Positions 13,985 through 29,178 of a stretch of DNA of 64,000 nt are shown here, one piece after another. The notes under the pieces were generated by a model. That model was not told the origin of the DNA, did no database searches, and saw only the letters and a program-made list of their open reading frames with translations. The position numbers were made by a program, and so were the translations under genes. Source of the stretch: Chrysomallon squamiferum (Eukaryota > Animalia > Mollusca); the NCBI GenBank assembly GCA_012295275.1, contig CM022669.1:7378001-7442000 (forward strand), given 5' to 3'. Each line of letters opens with the position of its first letter. The first letter of the stretch is position 1.

Positions 13985-16788
13985 CTCTTCTCTCTGAACA
14001 AACAAGCTATGCATGCAATAACGAGAAATAATTACAGGAAAGTTCAAATTTTGCAGTGTATGACAGTTCCAACCACAAATGTGTCAACATCAGCTACGGA
14101 CATTGTGTCATAACTTGTCCACACAATGGCTCGCGACGTTGGCAACAATGTACGAGACGTCGGACACATCGCCAACAGCTGGCAGTCGTTTGACGGTCCG
14201 GGCCGAACGGCGGTCAGTCAATTCTGTCCGAAGCCGGCGCGCGAAACTGACCGAGCTGTCAACGACGCTGAAGGTAAAAATCGACAACACGGCGCAGACA
14301 ATGGAACGAAATGTGTTATAATGCCGGTAACAGATTTAAAGTATCTTATTTTCATTACGAAAACTGTGTACGGCGAAATTGAAATTGTCACCGAGGAGTC
14401 GTTCGTGATAAACGTTGAAATTAATCGCCCATGCTTCAACCGTCCAGCTTGTCCGTTCATCCCAATTTTTGTACGTGACAAGCAATCAGAGAAACACTGC
14501 ACTGATCAGTCAGAGGTAGAGTCGATGGGCTAGCGCGCGTAGTGAGCGAGCGGGGTCGCTCGTATTCCAGAAACGTTTTCCTTTTTTTTTTTTTAATTAC
14601 GCTGGCTGATTCAGGAGGTAATCGGTTTATATAGCCATGCAGGCGATTCGTTATCTGAAATGAAAACGGTGTGTTTTCGCACCAGGTTTCGTAGGACATA
14701 GGCGTGAAAGCGATAGACTCTGCCGTCGTTCAGGTGGGCCGTAAATATCTGTTATTGGTTTAATTTGATGTCTGATAGCTGTCAAGTGGTATATCTCGAA
14801 TACGCATCATTAATTTCCATCTAATTGTCAGCGTATTGTGGTGACATGCGGGCTCTTAATGCAAAGGCTGTTCGAGAGGGGGGGAGGGAAAGGAGGGCTT
14901 GGCACAACACGAGAACGGGCGTGGGGGGGTTGAAAAGTTAGAAGGGTCACGCAAAAAAACCCACACACAGACATACAGACAACTACTATACAAACTGGTA
15001 TAGTTATTATCATCATCTTTATAAATTTATGTAATCACCATACAAAATATACATCAGTTGCAAACTGAGTGCAAAACAGTAAATAAATAAATACCAATTT
15101 TTTAATTACAATCCCTTCAAAATCCAAGAATAACACTGAATATGAAGCTGAAATTGGAACAAAATTAGTTTTTGTTTTATTTATTTTATTTATCCATTTT
15201 TTAATTTATTTATTAGATTTATTATTATTATTATTTTTTAAAATCTGTTTCATTTTTCTTTATTTGTTGTATAACGGAGTTTTATTCAGTTGCTTTTTAT
15301 AATAAAATTTTACCATGCATTTTTTATAAGATACATTTTTTTTCAAAACTGTTACAACCTAATAATGACTGGTGACTCTTTGTATTACGCCTACAGTGAA
15401 ACATTTAGTCATTCTGAATAATTAATTATCTAGTACCAGTGTCGACAAAATGGCGGCCAATGTTGTAAAATGTCGTCTTTTTAGGACAATCAGATTGTAT
15501 CAAGTAAATTTGTAACTTTTCGAAATTAGGTAAACGTAAACCTGAATCGAGTATATCCAGAAACGATGTAATTTTACGCCAAATTATTTATTATTAATTA
15601 CTGAAAGTTGAAAATAATAAAAAATTTTATTCCAGTAAAATCATTCGTCTTCCTGTGGAAATAACGGTCTGCTTCGTACGATTTGCCAAAAATAAATCTT
15701 TTTCTGTAATTCTGTGCGACCCAGATTTAAACTATATATTATTCATATTTATTTATTTATTTATTGATACTTTTTTGGACTTCAATGGACAATAAAACCT
15801 ACATAAAAGGAACAAAATAAAATAAAATAAAATAGAAAAATAATAATAATTCAAAAAAGTCAAAATAGTAACAATTCTATGTTTGATTCAAACAAATGTA
15901 GTCGATAAACCAATATAAATGTTATTAACAGCAAACAGCACCTTTTTCTTCTTGTTATTAATAAACTGAATGCGTTCGTTTTGAACAGAATTATACGTTA
16001 CAATTTGGCCAAATAGTATTTATTTCTACAGTTTATATTGCTTTACAAAAAAGACTTCTGGTTTTATATGTACTAAACGTATGTAGCAATGTAAAAAACA
16101 TCCTAATACATTCAGTAACCAATTATAACTTCTTCGGTGGTATACTCTTTATTTATCTAGTGTTTGTTTTCGTTTTATTTTATTTTATTTTATTTATTTT
16201 TTATTATTATTATTATTTTTATTGTTTTTTTGTTTGTTTACAAAACCTTTATTTGCAAATATTAAGAATTTGTGTGTGTTTGTTTTGTGTGTGTGTGTGT
16301 GTGCGTGCGCGCGCACATATTTTATTATTTATTTGAAACGTATAACAGCCTATTCTATAGGCAGCTCTTATGTTTTAAATGTAAACTCAAGATGACTAGA
16401 AAACACATTAGAGATTAAATAAAACCAACACTGGCTGCAACAGCCCATCTTTCCACAGAGAAGGTTTGATCTTATAACCAATATCCCGCCAAACCACCAT
16501 TCTTGTCACTGATCTAGAATAATATATTTTAGTAATTTGAATTATTATCATTATATTATTAAAATTATTATTTTTTTAATTTATTTGTTTTTATTTATTT
16601 TTATTTTATTTTATTATTATTATTATTTTTTTTTCACCTAAAGAAATCATATACTGGCAGAATCTATTGAAACAAAACATTCTACCCTCTGACCTCTGGC
16701 GAAAACGATTGCATTATTTAATTATTTAACAAATATATAACTGGACTAATGACTTTTTTTCTTTCGTAAATCATGCAGCCACGCAGGT

Positions 16789-16825
<37 letters not shown>

Positions 16826-17162
16826 TATAAACAGTGTTCAAAGCTACGTTTTTGGTGTTTAATCGGTGGTTATAAAATCCATTTTAAAAATAAATAAATT
16901 GCTAATATTTCAGAACTATTTAATATATAACGACAACGAAATCAGCTACTACAGTAGAGAAGGGTGTGTTGAAGAATAAAATCAGTTGATATCATTTAGT
17001 TTTTGTTTTACTTAGGACTGTGGGATATAAAAGAAATGGCTGGATACTGACTTAAAATATGTTTTATCTTGCTGTTGTCGAAAGGCAAGATTCAACTGGA
17101 CGGAGCCTTGTTGAATCAGGCCATTCTAACCTTCAGTAGCCAGTTATTCCCAACATATATAC

Positions 17163-17263
<101 letters not shown>

Positions 17264-18426
17264 AAAATAAACAAAAGCATAACAAACGAATCAATTTACA
17301 ATTATTATTATTATCATTATTGTTGTTCTTGTTAAAAAGCATATAAATTTAATGAATAATGATATCTGCAGAATATTTCAGATTTAATACATCAGAACTC
17401 AGATTAACAGATGTTCAATTAAAACCAGTTATTCAAATTCAAACGAGATGAGATACAGAAAGCGAAATGATATAACTTTGATTATCGAACGTTACAATTC
17501 TTCATCAAGTAAACAAAAAATTGTTATGGTTACCTCGGTAATCCAAATGTTTCTCAAGGTTTAACTGTCTATTTGTATATCGTTACTTAGAGATATTACC
17601 ATAGAAATCACTCGTTTTAATTTGTTATTTTATTAAATACTAAGTGTTTTCTAGTAAATCATAAAAACAATTAAAAAATAAAATAAAAATTTCTCCAGTA
17701 AAATGCATCAATAATGAATATTTGATATATATATATATAATTTGTTCAAATCTAAAATTTTAATTATTTCATATTTACCATACTTATATTATATGGGTTA
17801 CGCTTTTTTTTGGTGAACTTTGGTTTGCACGGTCAGTTTTTCTCAGAAAGACAGTGTCACATGACTGGTTTGTCAAAAATCTTGATATTTAATAACTGTT
17901 TATTTTACACTGGTAAACAAACATTCATTTTATTTCATTCATTTATCAGTTTTCGTTATTCATTCATTTATCAGTTTTCATTATTCATTCATTTATCAGT
18001 TTTCATTATTCATTCATTCATTTGTTATTTCGTTTATTCGTTGTGCCATTCATTTTTTTTGTATTCCGTGCTCCATTCTGTTCATTCAGTTATCCCAGAT
18101 TTTTATGTTTTAAAGTGCCAAGCTTTCATATTTGTTTCTTTTTTTCTCTACTATATATAACCTGGTGCGAATAATTACTTTTCTCTTATTAATCGTACTA
18201 AAACTCATCCATGTTGCCTCAGTCTCTATAAAATCAAGAACTACAAAACAAACAGTAGTGGTGTATTCGCCGGTCGTGAAGCTGCTATTAACATATCTTT
18301 ACCTTTTGTATAGTCACTGAACTCATCGTAGCTTTCCTCTAGTTAAAATTAACAAATGTTCGTTAACAAAAAGCTGCTTGTGATATTGTTAACCCAAATT
18401 CTACGACAGACAGTTCGTGCTGCTCC

Positions 18427-18459
<33 letters not shown>

Positions 18460-19272
18460 ACTGTCTCATATCTTCATTCTTCGATATTCTAAATATTTTA
18501 TTTTTGTTTTAATATTCTGTACCGGAAATTATTATTATAACGTAAGCGATGTTCGGTCTGGCTTACTTCCGCTAGTCTCTCTTACTGGTATTAGCAAAAC
18601 TCATTAGGGCCCCATTAATTTTTGTGTAACTCTTTTATCTTCACCAGTTGTTGATTATAACAAAAACAAGCAGGCTCTCAAACGCGCGTTATTCAATATT
18701 TCAACGACGTAGCTAAATTTCATTTGTCACGCCAAACCCTGGACATCTCTCTTAGTGGAACCTGTCGTAGATCGTTGGGACGGACGTGTTATCGTTTCTC
18801 GTCCATTAACGAACATTAAGAAGATTAAACAAACGACGTATCAGAATTGGCTAATCGGAGAGTCGCTGGTTCGATTCACGTAGATAACCCGAGAAGTAGT
18901 TTTAAGTAATTACTGTTACAGGGATGCACTTCCCGTTTCATAAAGTATCATATGAAAGCGAAACGTTGGGGGTGGGGAAAAATCCCAAACTAATTTTATT
19001 ATTTAAAAACCTGCAATATGTTTGTCTGATTATATATCTTTGAATGTGATAGGATATATATATATATATGGCTGAGTATTTGTTATGTATAATATGGTAT
19101 ATAATATATATGTATGTATGAACGTCTGTACGGATGGATAGATCGATGGATAGATGGGTATATTTATGTATGTACTGCATGTGTATGTGTGGGCACATAT
19201 TTCAGTGAACACATAAACATTATTTTAAATTTTTTCATAACAATTTTTTTATTCTTTTTAATTTCTTTTAAA

Positions 19273-19367
<95 letters not shown>

Positions 19368-20493
19368 GGGTTGTTTTTTGTGTGTGTGTGTTTTAATATT
19401 TTCTTCAATACAAAGACAGAAAAATATTGAAGATAAATGCACCTGTATAAATATACCCATACATACATACTTTTACAGACACCCTGCAACAGATGCACAA
19501 TTTCTTTCGACCGTATCCAAATCCTAAATAAACTCTACACACAATTATTTATTACAAGTGCTAATCTTCAGTGTAACATTATCGACTTCAGTGATTATTA
19601 TTATCATTTCTAAATAGCTAATTTTTCTATTATGTCTAGCGAACAAAGGTAAATCTTTGCTGTTATTAGTATTCTTCTCTCATTCTGTTTATCACACTGC
19701 CACAAGTCTTGTGATGCGCAACAAAAAGCGACAGGCTCGAACCCCGCATGAGGTAGCCCCCCATGTGTTACCACAGCGCTGAACAAAACATCATTGCCTC
19801 TGAATAGCTGGGTAATTGGATAAGAGGCTGGATTATCGTTAATAAACATTAATACACGTTTAATCAGTGTCAGTAATGTGTACTTTGCCTCCGCACTCAG
19901 TAGGCATTCGCAGAATGGCACTTATTCAAACGAATTTGGGGTAATTTTTTAATATGTTTGTTTTCGCGTTCATTAGCTGCAGGTGTCAGAGATTTTTAGG
20001 GGGCTGAGGTGCAGGCCTGGCTTGTTTGTTTTTTTTTTTTTTTTTTTTTTTGGCTGTATTAATATATTAACAAACGTTGCGTGTATGATTTGTTGCCGCT
20101 ATGACAGGTAAACAGTTATAATTAGCTGCAGATCAGATTAGGAAAGGTATTTCCTACTCGTGGCCGAATGTTTTGTCTTTAATTAATTGATATGTTTTTT
20201 CCTTCTGGTTTGGAAGCGAAGCATGCTGGGTTGGGGGAAATGGTGGTGGTGGGTGTTTCTGTCAAACTTTTTTTTTTTTTCCATTTGCATTCATTCGTCC
20301 ATTCTTCCGTCGATCCCCATCTGCCCATCCATTCATCCACACAACTATCCGTCTGTTTGTTTTTCTTTCTTTCTGTCAACTAATTTGTCTGTCCATTAAT
20401 TCATCCATCCATCCGTCCATCCATCCTACCATCAGTCAATCCTTAAATTATTATTATTATTAATGTTTTAAATTTCCAGAACTGTCCTCCGTA

Positions 20494-20561
<68 letters not shown>

Positions 20562-21031
20562 TAACTAATAATAATAATAATAATATATATATATATATAT
20601 ATATAAATCTAAATCAAGAATTATGGCTTTATGCTAAAAAAGAAAATATGAAATTTTATTAGGTAAGTGTCGCGTATGTGTTGGAAGTCTGTTTACATCA
20701 TACGTAAGCAATTAAGGTAAACAAGCCTGTCATTTGGTGGATTAGCCGCAGACATAATGCATTATTTATCTACTGTCTACGTACTCGCCCGCACGTGATC
20801 AAAAAGTCAATATTACTCCGCTTCTCAGTGTTAAATTATAATGATAATGTGTTCGTGGTGATTTGCGTCAGTGTCTTATCTTACCGATACAGGGAATTTG
20901 TAAGAAGGTGAGGCGGTTACGTTTAGAAGATTTAAGAAGAAGAAGAAGAAGAAGAAGAAAAAACATTAATAATGACAGTAATATTAATAATGACAGTAAT
21001 ATTAATAATGATAATAATAATAATAAAACAA

Positions 21032-21072
<41 letters not shown>

Positions 21073-21512
21073 CAACAACAACAATAATAATAATATTTAT
21101 AACAATTATAATTATAATAGTAATAATAATAAGCAATAATAGTAGTAATAATGATTATAATAATAACAACAGTAACAACAACAATAATAATAATAACAAT
21201 AATAGTAATAGTAATAATAATAAAGGTTATTGGAAATGTTGTTGTTAACATAGTTGTTATTATTACAAGAAAAATTATTAAATGAAAACAAAAAGCTGGA
21301 TAATGCTGTGACATGAATGTGCCAGAGTCTAGAAGAAAAGGAAAACAAAATAAAATTGGATTTGTTTATGTATTTATTTATTTATTTATCTATATTTATC
21401 TATTTATTTATTTATTTATGTAGTAACAGCTAAAGTAATAATGGTAATAGCAGGAGCGGGAGAAGAGAGCAGTTGAAGTAATAGTAATATAGCAGTAGTT
21501 GTAATTATTACT

Positions 21513-21544
<32 letters not shown>

Positions 21545-21701
21545 TAACAAGCCTACCGGAGTACCCGAATGCTGGACCATCACTTTGGAAATAATGATTA
21601 AAAAGATAAAGAAAACTCAAAAAAAAATAAAAATAAAAGAAGAAGAAGAAGAAGAAGAAGAAGAAGAAGAAGAAGAAGAAGAAGAAGAAGAAATAAATAT
21701 A

Positions 21702-21740
<39 letters not shown>

Positions 21741-21747
21741 ATAGATA

Positions 21748-21778
<31 letters not shown>

Positions 21779-21905
21779 TGATGATGATGTTGATGTTGAT
21801 GATGATGGTGACAGAATGTTTGCCTTATATTACACTAAATGTTTGCATCACCACGTATACTTTAGCATGAGGAAAAATAGTTTTCAATATTTCTAAGCAT
21901 CAGAT

Positions 21906-21941
<36 letters not shown>

Positions 21942-22329
21942 TGATTATATAGATAGATAGATAGATAGAAATATAAACTGTTAGGAGACTCACATGCAAA
22001 ACAAGGAGACACCTTACAGTATATATATATATATATAATTTATTTATTTTTAAAGAAAACGTTTACCAATTTAAAGTAACAGTTGCCCATCGGCACCAAC
22101 CCGTCACATACTATTAACAGACGCTGCGACAACAGCATTTGGACTGTATCGTCGTAGTCAGATTAAACACCACCTCCACCCCCCCCCCCACCCCTTGCTT
22201 CTCTGGGACTCGTCCCTGTCTATTCAATTCAATCTGTGTTTTCTTTTCGCGGCAGTTCGATGCTTAACATTGTAACTGCCTCAGTTAAAAAAAACACACA
22301 CACACACACACACAAAACCACAGCTTGTG

Positions 22330-22650
22330 AAAATCTGTAATTAGCCCCGCCCCTCTACTTAACGCGGCCAGTAGCTGCGTCACGGAAAAAGTCGAATTAA
22401 GCCGTCGCTGATGAAATGAACAGATTTCCCAGCCAACCGACGGCAGTTTCGACCAATCGGCTCGCCGCATTGATCGCGGAGTATCCGCCGATGCGTTTTG
22501 TCCAGTGTATAACAGATAATGGTCTTACCAGTGTATAAACTAATTGCATTAACAAAGTATTTTTGATATGAAGTGACATCGTTTGAGTGTTGTCAGCATA
22601 AACTTCAACACCGTTCGTTCGTACCTCATCGCTGTGTTTTCAGTTCCGCC
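22330..22650 (+). promoter_or_regulatory. Probable hbn proximal promoter
   Basis: GC box GCCCCGCCCC (22344-22353), NF-Y-type GACCAATCGG (22451-22460), twice-repeated CCAGTGTATAA (22502, 22528), paired-class P3 palindrome TAATTGCATTA (22541-22551) and Inr-like TCAGTT (22640-22645). All lie 350-650 bp upstream of the first ATG. Confidence 0.55.
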
Positions 22651-22691
22651 GCCAAAAACCGAGTCTGTTTCTCTGTGTGCTGTTATATAAA

Positions 22692-22735
<44 letters not shown>

Positions 22736-22861
22736 ATATTTATTCAGGAAATATATATATAGAGAGAGATAGATAGATAGATAGATATTTTAAACAAAGA
22801 AAAAGAAGACAAAAAAAAAAAGAAAAAGAAAAGAGATTCAAAACAAATAAGAAATTTGTGA

Positions 22862-22896
<35 letters not shown>

Positions 22897-22991
22897 AAAA
22901 AAAAGAAATTTCCTTCACTGAATTCTTTGCTTATGTGATAGCTGAAGTGTTTTGAAAACTTTATGTGGAATTTCGCGACTGCAATTTTAGA

Positions 22992-23232
22992 ATGGAAAAA
23001 CAAATGACCGCAAATCCGAACATAATTAAAAAAATGAAATCGTACAGCATTGATAGCATCCTGGGCAACATCAACAGAGCTGCCACGACGACTTCAGCTG
23101 CTGCAACAACGACAACAGCAACACATTTTACGGACCAGCGCGGTATTTCTGATGCTGACAAAATGACTTTTCAACAAGAAGACGTTGATCACTGCATTGA
23201 TGATGTTGAAAATGCTATGGCTCATTATAAAG
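22992..23232 (+). CDS. hbn: Homeobrain exon 1 (octapeptide/eh1 motif)
   Basis: MEKQMTANPNIIKKMKSYSIDSILG contains the eh1/octapeptide SYSIDSILG. It ends AAAG|GTAAAA (phase 1 donor at 23233), which joins in frame to the acceptor at 24630. The start codon could instead be one of the in-frame ATGs just downstream. Confidence 0.85.
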
Positions 23233-23386
23233 GTAAAACAACTTTCTTATACTCTTAACAACAACAACCACAATCGCTTGATTAATACAAAAAATATTAA
23301 ACAAAATGTAATGTAATATGAATTATTTGAAAATATATTTACAATTCTTCTTCTTCTTTTTCTCTTCTCTTTACTGCCTTGTTACT

Positions 23387-23446
<60 letters not shown>

Positions 23447-23460
23447 TATTTTTATTATTA

Positions 23461-23547
<87 letters not shown>

Positions 23548-24436
23548 TACTACTGCTGTTGTTCTTGTAATTGCTGTCTATTTATTTATATAATAATAAG
23601 AATAATTTAACGTACATATTCATTCATTTAGCTTGTGAATTATTTACTCTAATTTATGACCTCCAAGTGTTTGTTAAATTTGTTTATTTATCTAATTTAC
23701 ACTACAGAATCTGTTGATACAATCTTGCAAATTTACTGATTCATTCTAAACACACACATGCTACAGATTTGTTATATTTTATTTTTTTTAAATATTTAAA
23801 GTTCGGTTAATAAGTAAGAATAAAATGATTCTGTTACAGAAGTTTTTATAAATAGATATTTGTTTGCTTCACCGTCAGTTATTTTATTTAATTAGTTTTA
23901 TTTTTTACTAATGATAACAGGAATAAATAATAATAATAATAATCATAATAATTCTAATAATAATAATAAAGGACGCCTATTACAGTAGTAAACCGCCAGT
24001 TTTTAATTCAGTCATTCCCTAATTTACGAGAAGAGTCAGGGTAAAAATATAAGACTGAATAAAAACAAATCTGGAATTAATATTAAGACAAAAATATCAT
24101 AAAATAACAATAAAACAATAATAACAAAAATAAATTAAAATACAATTAAAATTTTAAATTATGATAATAGAAAAACAAAATAATAATTATATGACATAAA
24201 TATTTATAGAGTATTTATCTGTTTGTTCGTTTGTTTCTTCGTTTCTTTGATTTTATTTATTTATTTATTTTGATTCATTCATTCATTCATTCATTCATTT
24301 ACTTATTAATATTTTGTTTCTCAGTTTATAGATTTATATTTCTTTTATTATAAGAAACGCAACAGAAAACAATAATTAGCAATATAGCAAAATCTCTCAA
24401 TGCTAGTTTGTTGAAAATAATATTTTTCCTTCTCTG

Positions 24437-24503
<67 letters not shown>

Positions 24504-24630
24504 CTATCTATCTATCTATCTATCTCTGTCTATCTATTTCTCATTCTCTCCTTTTCTACGTTTCTTTCGCATTACGCATCAAAACAATATAAAATTCTGA
24601 TTTTTCTTTTTCTTTCCATTTTTCTCACAG

Positions 24631-25012
24631 TGTCTAAACAACATCAGCTAAAAAGGGAGTCCTCAAGCCCTGACACCCCACAAGACAAAATTACGTCATC
24701 TTCACGTGCAGGGTATTCCCCAGAAAACCTGGACGTCCGATCACCCACCCATGAGTCCAACTGCATGTCTCCTCCCCCCGTGGCTGACAACGGTGCACAC
24801 ACAGACGCAGAGGACAACGGACTCCTCGACGTCACCAGTTCTGAGAACGACGACAGCAACTGCAAACCGAGGAAAATTCGACGGAGTCGCACGACGTTCA
24901 CGACGTATCAACTGCATCAGCTGGAGAGAGCGTTTGAGAAGACTCAGTACCCGGATGTTTTACGCGCGAGGAATTAGCTTTACGACTGGAGCTTAGCGAG
25001 GCCAGGGTGCAG
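24631..25012 (+). CDS. hbn: Homeobrain exon 2 (homeodomain helices 1-2), with an apparent 1-bp deletion at 24958-24961
   Basis: A polypyrimidine tract and CAG acceptor end at 24630. The exon encodes KPRKIRRSRTTFTTYQLHQLERAFEKTQYPDV and, after restoring one base, FTREELALRLELSEARVQ, ending at donor CAG|GTATGT (25013). RK(I/V)RRSRTTFTT-QLHQLERAFEKTQYPDVF is the Homeobrain-family signature. Confidence 0.9.
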
Positions 25013-25188
25013 GTATGTTTACAAGTTTACATCTATATCCCCACCCTGAACACCTCTTTCTTCCTGTCCCCTCAAATCTCTTAAACTTCTCCACACCCCA
25101 GTAACAGCCCGAAACGACTAACGTTTTGATTCTGTTGATAAAAAAAAATGTAAATGTTAATAAAATTACAAATCAATAAGTAAGTAAG

Positions 25189-25247
<59 letters not shown>

Positions 25248-25318
25248 ACAAAGAAAGAAAGAATTAATTGATTAATTAATTAAAAGTCAACTCTGAGACA
25301 TTTAAACATATATACAGA

Positions 25319-25480
25319 TACACATACAGTTAAGAATACACATACAGTTAAGAATACACATACAGGAAAGAATACACATACAGTTAAGAATACACATACA
25401 GTTAAGAATACACATACAGGAAAGAATACACATACAGTTAAGAATACACATACAGTTAAGAATACACATACAGGAAAGAA
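25319..25480. repeat. 18-bp minisatellite x9 with 54-bp higher-order structure, in hbn intron 2
   Basis: Units TACACATACAGTTAAGAA (A) and TACACATACAGGAAAGAA (B) are arranged AAB AAB AAB. Confidence 0.92.
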
Positions 25481-25670
25481 TATTGATCCAGTTAAGAAAA
25501 TCGATCGAGTTTAAGAATATGCTTAATATATATTAATCTCCGGTAATCAAATAACCAACATAAATAAATTAACAAACAAATAAACATTAAGAAAAACTGC
25601 ATATAAATAATAAACAAAAGTACGAGATGGCCATCAGACAAACAAACAAACAAACAAACAAACAAACAAA

Positions 25671-25717
<47 letters not shown>

Positions 25718-26231
25718 GTTGCGTTATAATAAAAGGAAAACATCTAAATCAAGGAAATACAGAAATTACAAAAAAAAAAAAAAATTTCTCAATAACAAAA
25801 AAATAATAAGTTAAGCTATTTTTATTAAATACACTGACACATTATCTTTTAATTTAAAATTTATTGCCAATAATTGAAACACAAATCTTCTCAGTTTTCA
25901 TAATCCATTCGTTAATTGGCACTTAGATTATCCATGAGATAAATGGCTTACTGGAATTCCACATATTGTTGGCGAATTAGTGCCACAGATTGTGGTGAAT
26001 GCGGCAATTTACACCAAATATGTGACTTTATAATTAATGTGGTTACATTTAAAAACTCCTCTTAATCTTTCACATCTAACAAGGAGATTAGACTTGCGAA
26101 AATAGCTTTAAGATTTAAACTGTTGGTCAAGTCGGATTTATTTAAGTCTTTGATCTGTTGATTTAATTCATTTTATAGAGGTTCGAAGTTTTGTATATGT
26201 AAAACTAAGTAAAATAAAAAATAAAAAAAAA

Positions 26232-27094
<863 letters not shown>

Positions 27095-28312
27095 ACATTC
27101 TCACTGGTCAGTTGAAATTTTAATTTTGTAGCTTAATTAAATTAATTAATGTATATATATAGATACGGATATACAGATGTAGATACAGATATAGTGATTA
27201 TATAAACAACGAAAAACAGATGCTGTGTGTGTGCTGTTTCAAGTAGTTACAGTTGATGTGCTGCACAGAAAGAATCAGGCGCTGTAATATGCGCTTTCTG
27301 CTTTAATCTCCGTGAAACGTTTACGATCCACTACCTATGAAAGCGACACTTCTCAGGTGCGCTCCGCGATGGAAGGCTGTACCCACATACAAATCACAGC
27401 GAAACATGCGCAATACCTCTCGAAGTTTCGCCAAGCATCCGGCGTCCCCAAGGGCTACCCGACAAGAAGTACGTTAATTATTACTAATTGCCTTTTTGAT
27501 GACCAAAATACCCTTTTTAACCAGTCTCTCTGTCTCGCCCATTCAGAATATCATTTCCACGGATTGTTCCGGCTTATTGATGGGGCAGACCGAGTGTTTC
27601 ACCCCCTTCGACATCCATGAATCGACTCAGCAGGGGAGCTAACTCCTAATGACGGGGCTCACTGGCTGTCTCCATTGTCGCGCGGAGTCTTGCGAGTTAA
27701 CCCAGCACGTGCTAATTTGCACTAAGTTGCTACCTGGGAAAGCCGAGAGCCCGAATTAAAATACTTTGGCGATGATTTTTGCCTCGTCTATCGCAACGAC
27801 TGAATCAAAAGTCCCAATTAAGTCGGACACAAAACGACAGTGTTTTCCACTTGTTTAGTTCTTTTCACAAAGCCCCGGTTTGATATCGGATACAAACTTC
27901 GGTTTTTGTGTTTCGGCGGCGGTCGCATTCTGTTCGCGTTATCAGCGATTAGTTCACTCCGTTACACAGCGAGTGTCGAGACTCGACTAACTGATAACCT
28001 CAACAGAGAGGCTCTAATTTTTTAAACACGTTATTTACTCTTATCTGAGTCGTTTGTGTAAATGTCTAGGCCATTCATGCAGGTGTGATTCTTTGTGTGT
28101 GCGTATGTATGTATGTATGTGTTGTTTGTTATTTATTGGACATATAAAAAAAATAATAATATTTTCCGAAAGATGTTTGTTTGAAGAATGTGTTTGTCGA
28201 AATAGGCACCGATTTTGTTATCTTGAACATTATTATTACCGTCATTTTCATCAGTATCATCATCATAATTATTATTATTATTATTATTAACATCATCATC
28301 ATCATCATCATC

Positions 28313-28398
<86 letters not shown>

Positions 28399-28978
28399 AT
28401 GTTTGGTGACAGACAACAAATTCAGGCTTAGCGCGCTAGTTTTATATTTAAATTTAGACGTAAGACGGTTGTAAGACGCTTGGATTGTGATTAGTGCCAT
28501 TTGCTCCTAGTCTAATTGACAAACTGAGACTTAAACAGTGAGATCGCATGCGAAGCGCAAATAACGTGGCCAGGTTTGGTGACCGGTGCAGGATTTAAAT
28601 TTCACAGCACGCCAAGTTTTTCCCACAGTGATTTAGTAAAATGGCGCCAATTCGCAGAAACCGAGCACTCGTCGTTCCAGAATTTTCTTGATCCGGCGTT
28701 TAGGGTTCGTAAATCCGTTTCCGTCAGCCATTTTATTTTATTTTTTCTTTATTTTTTTTTTTGGGGGTAGGATTTTGTTTAATGGAGCAGAACGATGTAA
28801 AATGTTTCAAAATTTAAATTTATAGTTCAGTGAGCTGCCATATATTTTAAAAGTATGAAATAATCGGATGGTTTTTTTTTTCTCAGTTAAATAAAACTAG
28901 TAAATTATAATATAGGTGTTTAATTTATTGTCGTTTTAACCGGTTTATTTTTTAAAAATATCTTTGTTTTAAACGTTT

Positions 28979-29016
<38 letters not shown>

Positions 29017-29089
29017 CTGTCGTATAGTTTACTTCAAAATCTCAAGACCTCAAATTCCTTTATGCAGATGAGATAGATGTATAGATAAG

Positions 29090-29094
<5 letters not shown>

Positions 29095-29174
<80 letters not shown>
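29095..29174. repeat. (GA)n microsatellite
   Basis: Perfect run. Confidence 0.97.

Positions 29175-29178
<4 letters not shown>

Noticed and set aside
14079-14699. Cluster of overlapping 60-135 aa ORFs
   Set aside because: No recognisable protein motif or convincing splice sites; explained by locally higher GC, so treated as a non-coding island.
18845-18885. TGGCTAATCGG...GGTTCGATTC as a tRNA or Pol III gene
   Set aside because: The A- and B-box-like motifs are only ~8 nt apart and no cloverleaf forms.
24951-24980. Programmed ribosomal frameshifting or pseudogene status for hbn
   Set aside because: No canonical slippery heptamer, and no other lesions in the gene; a single-base consensus error is far more parsimonious.
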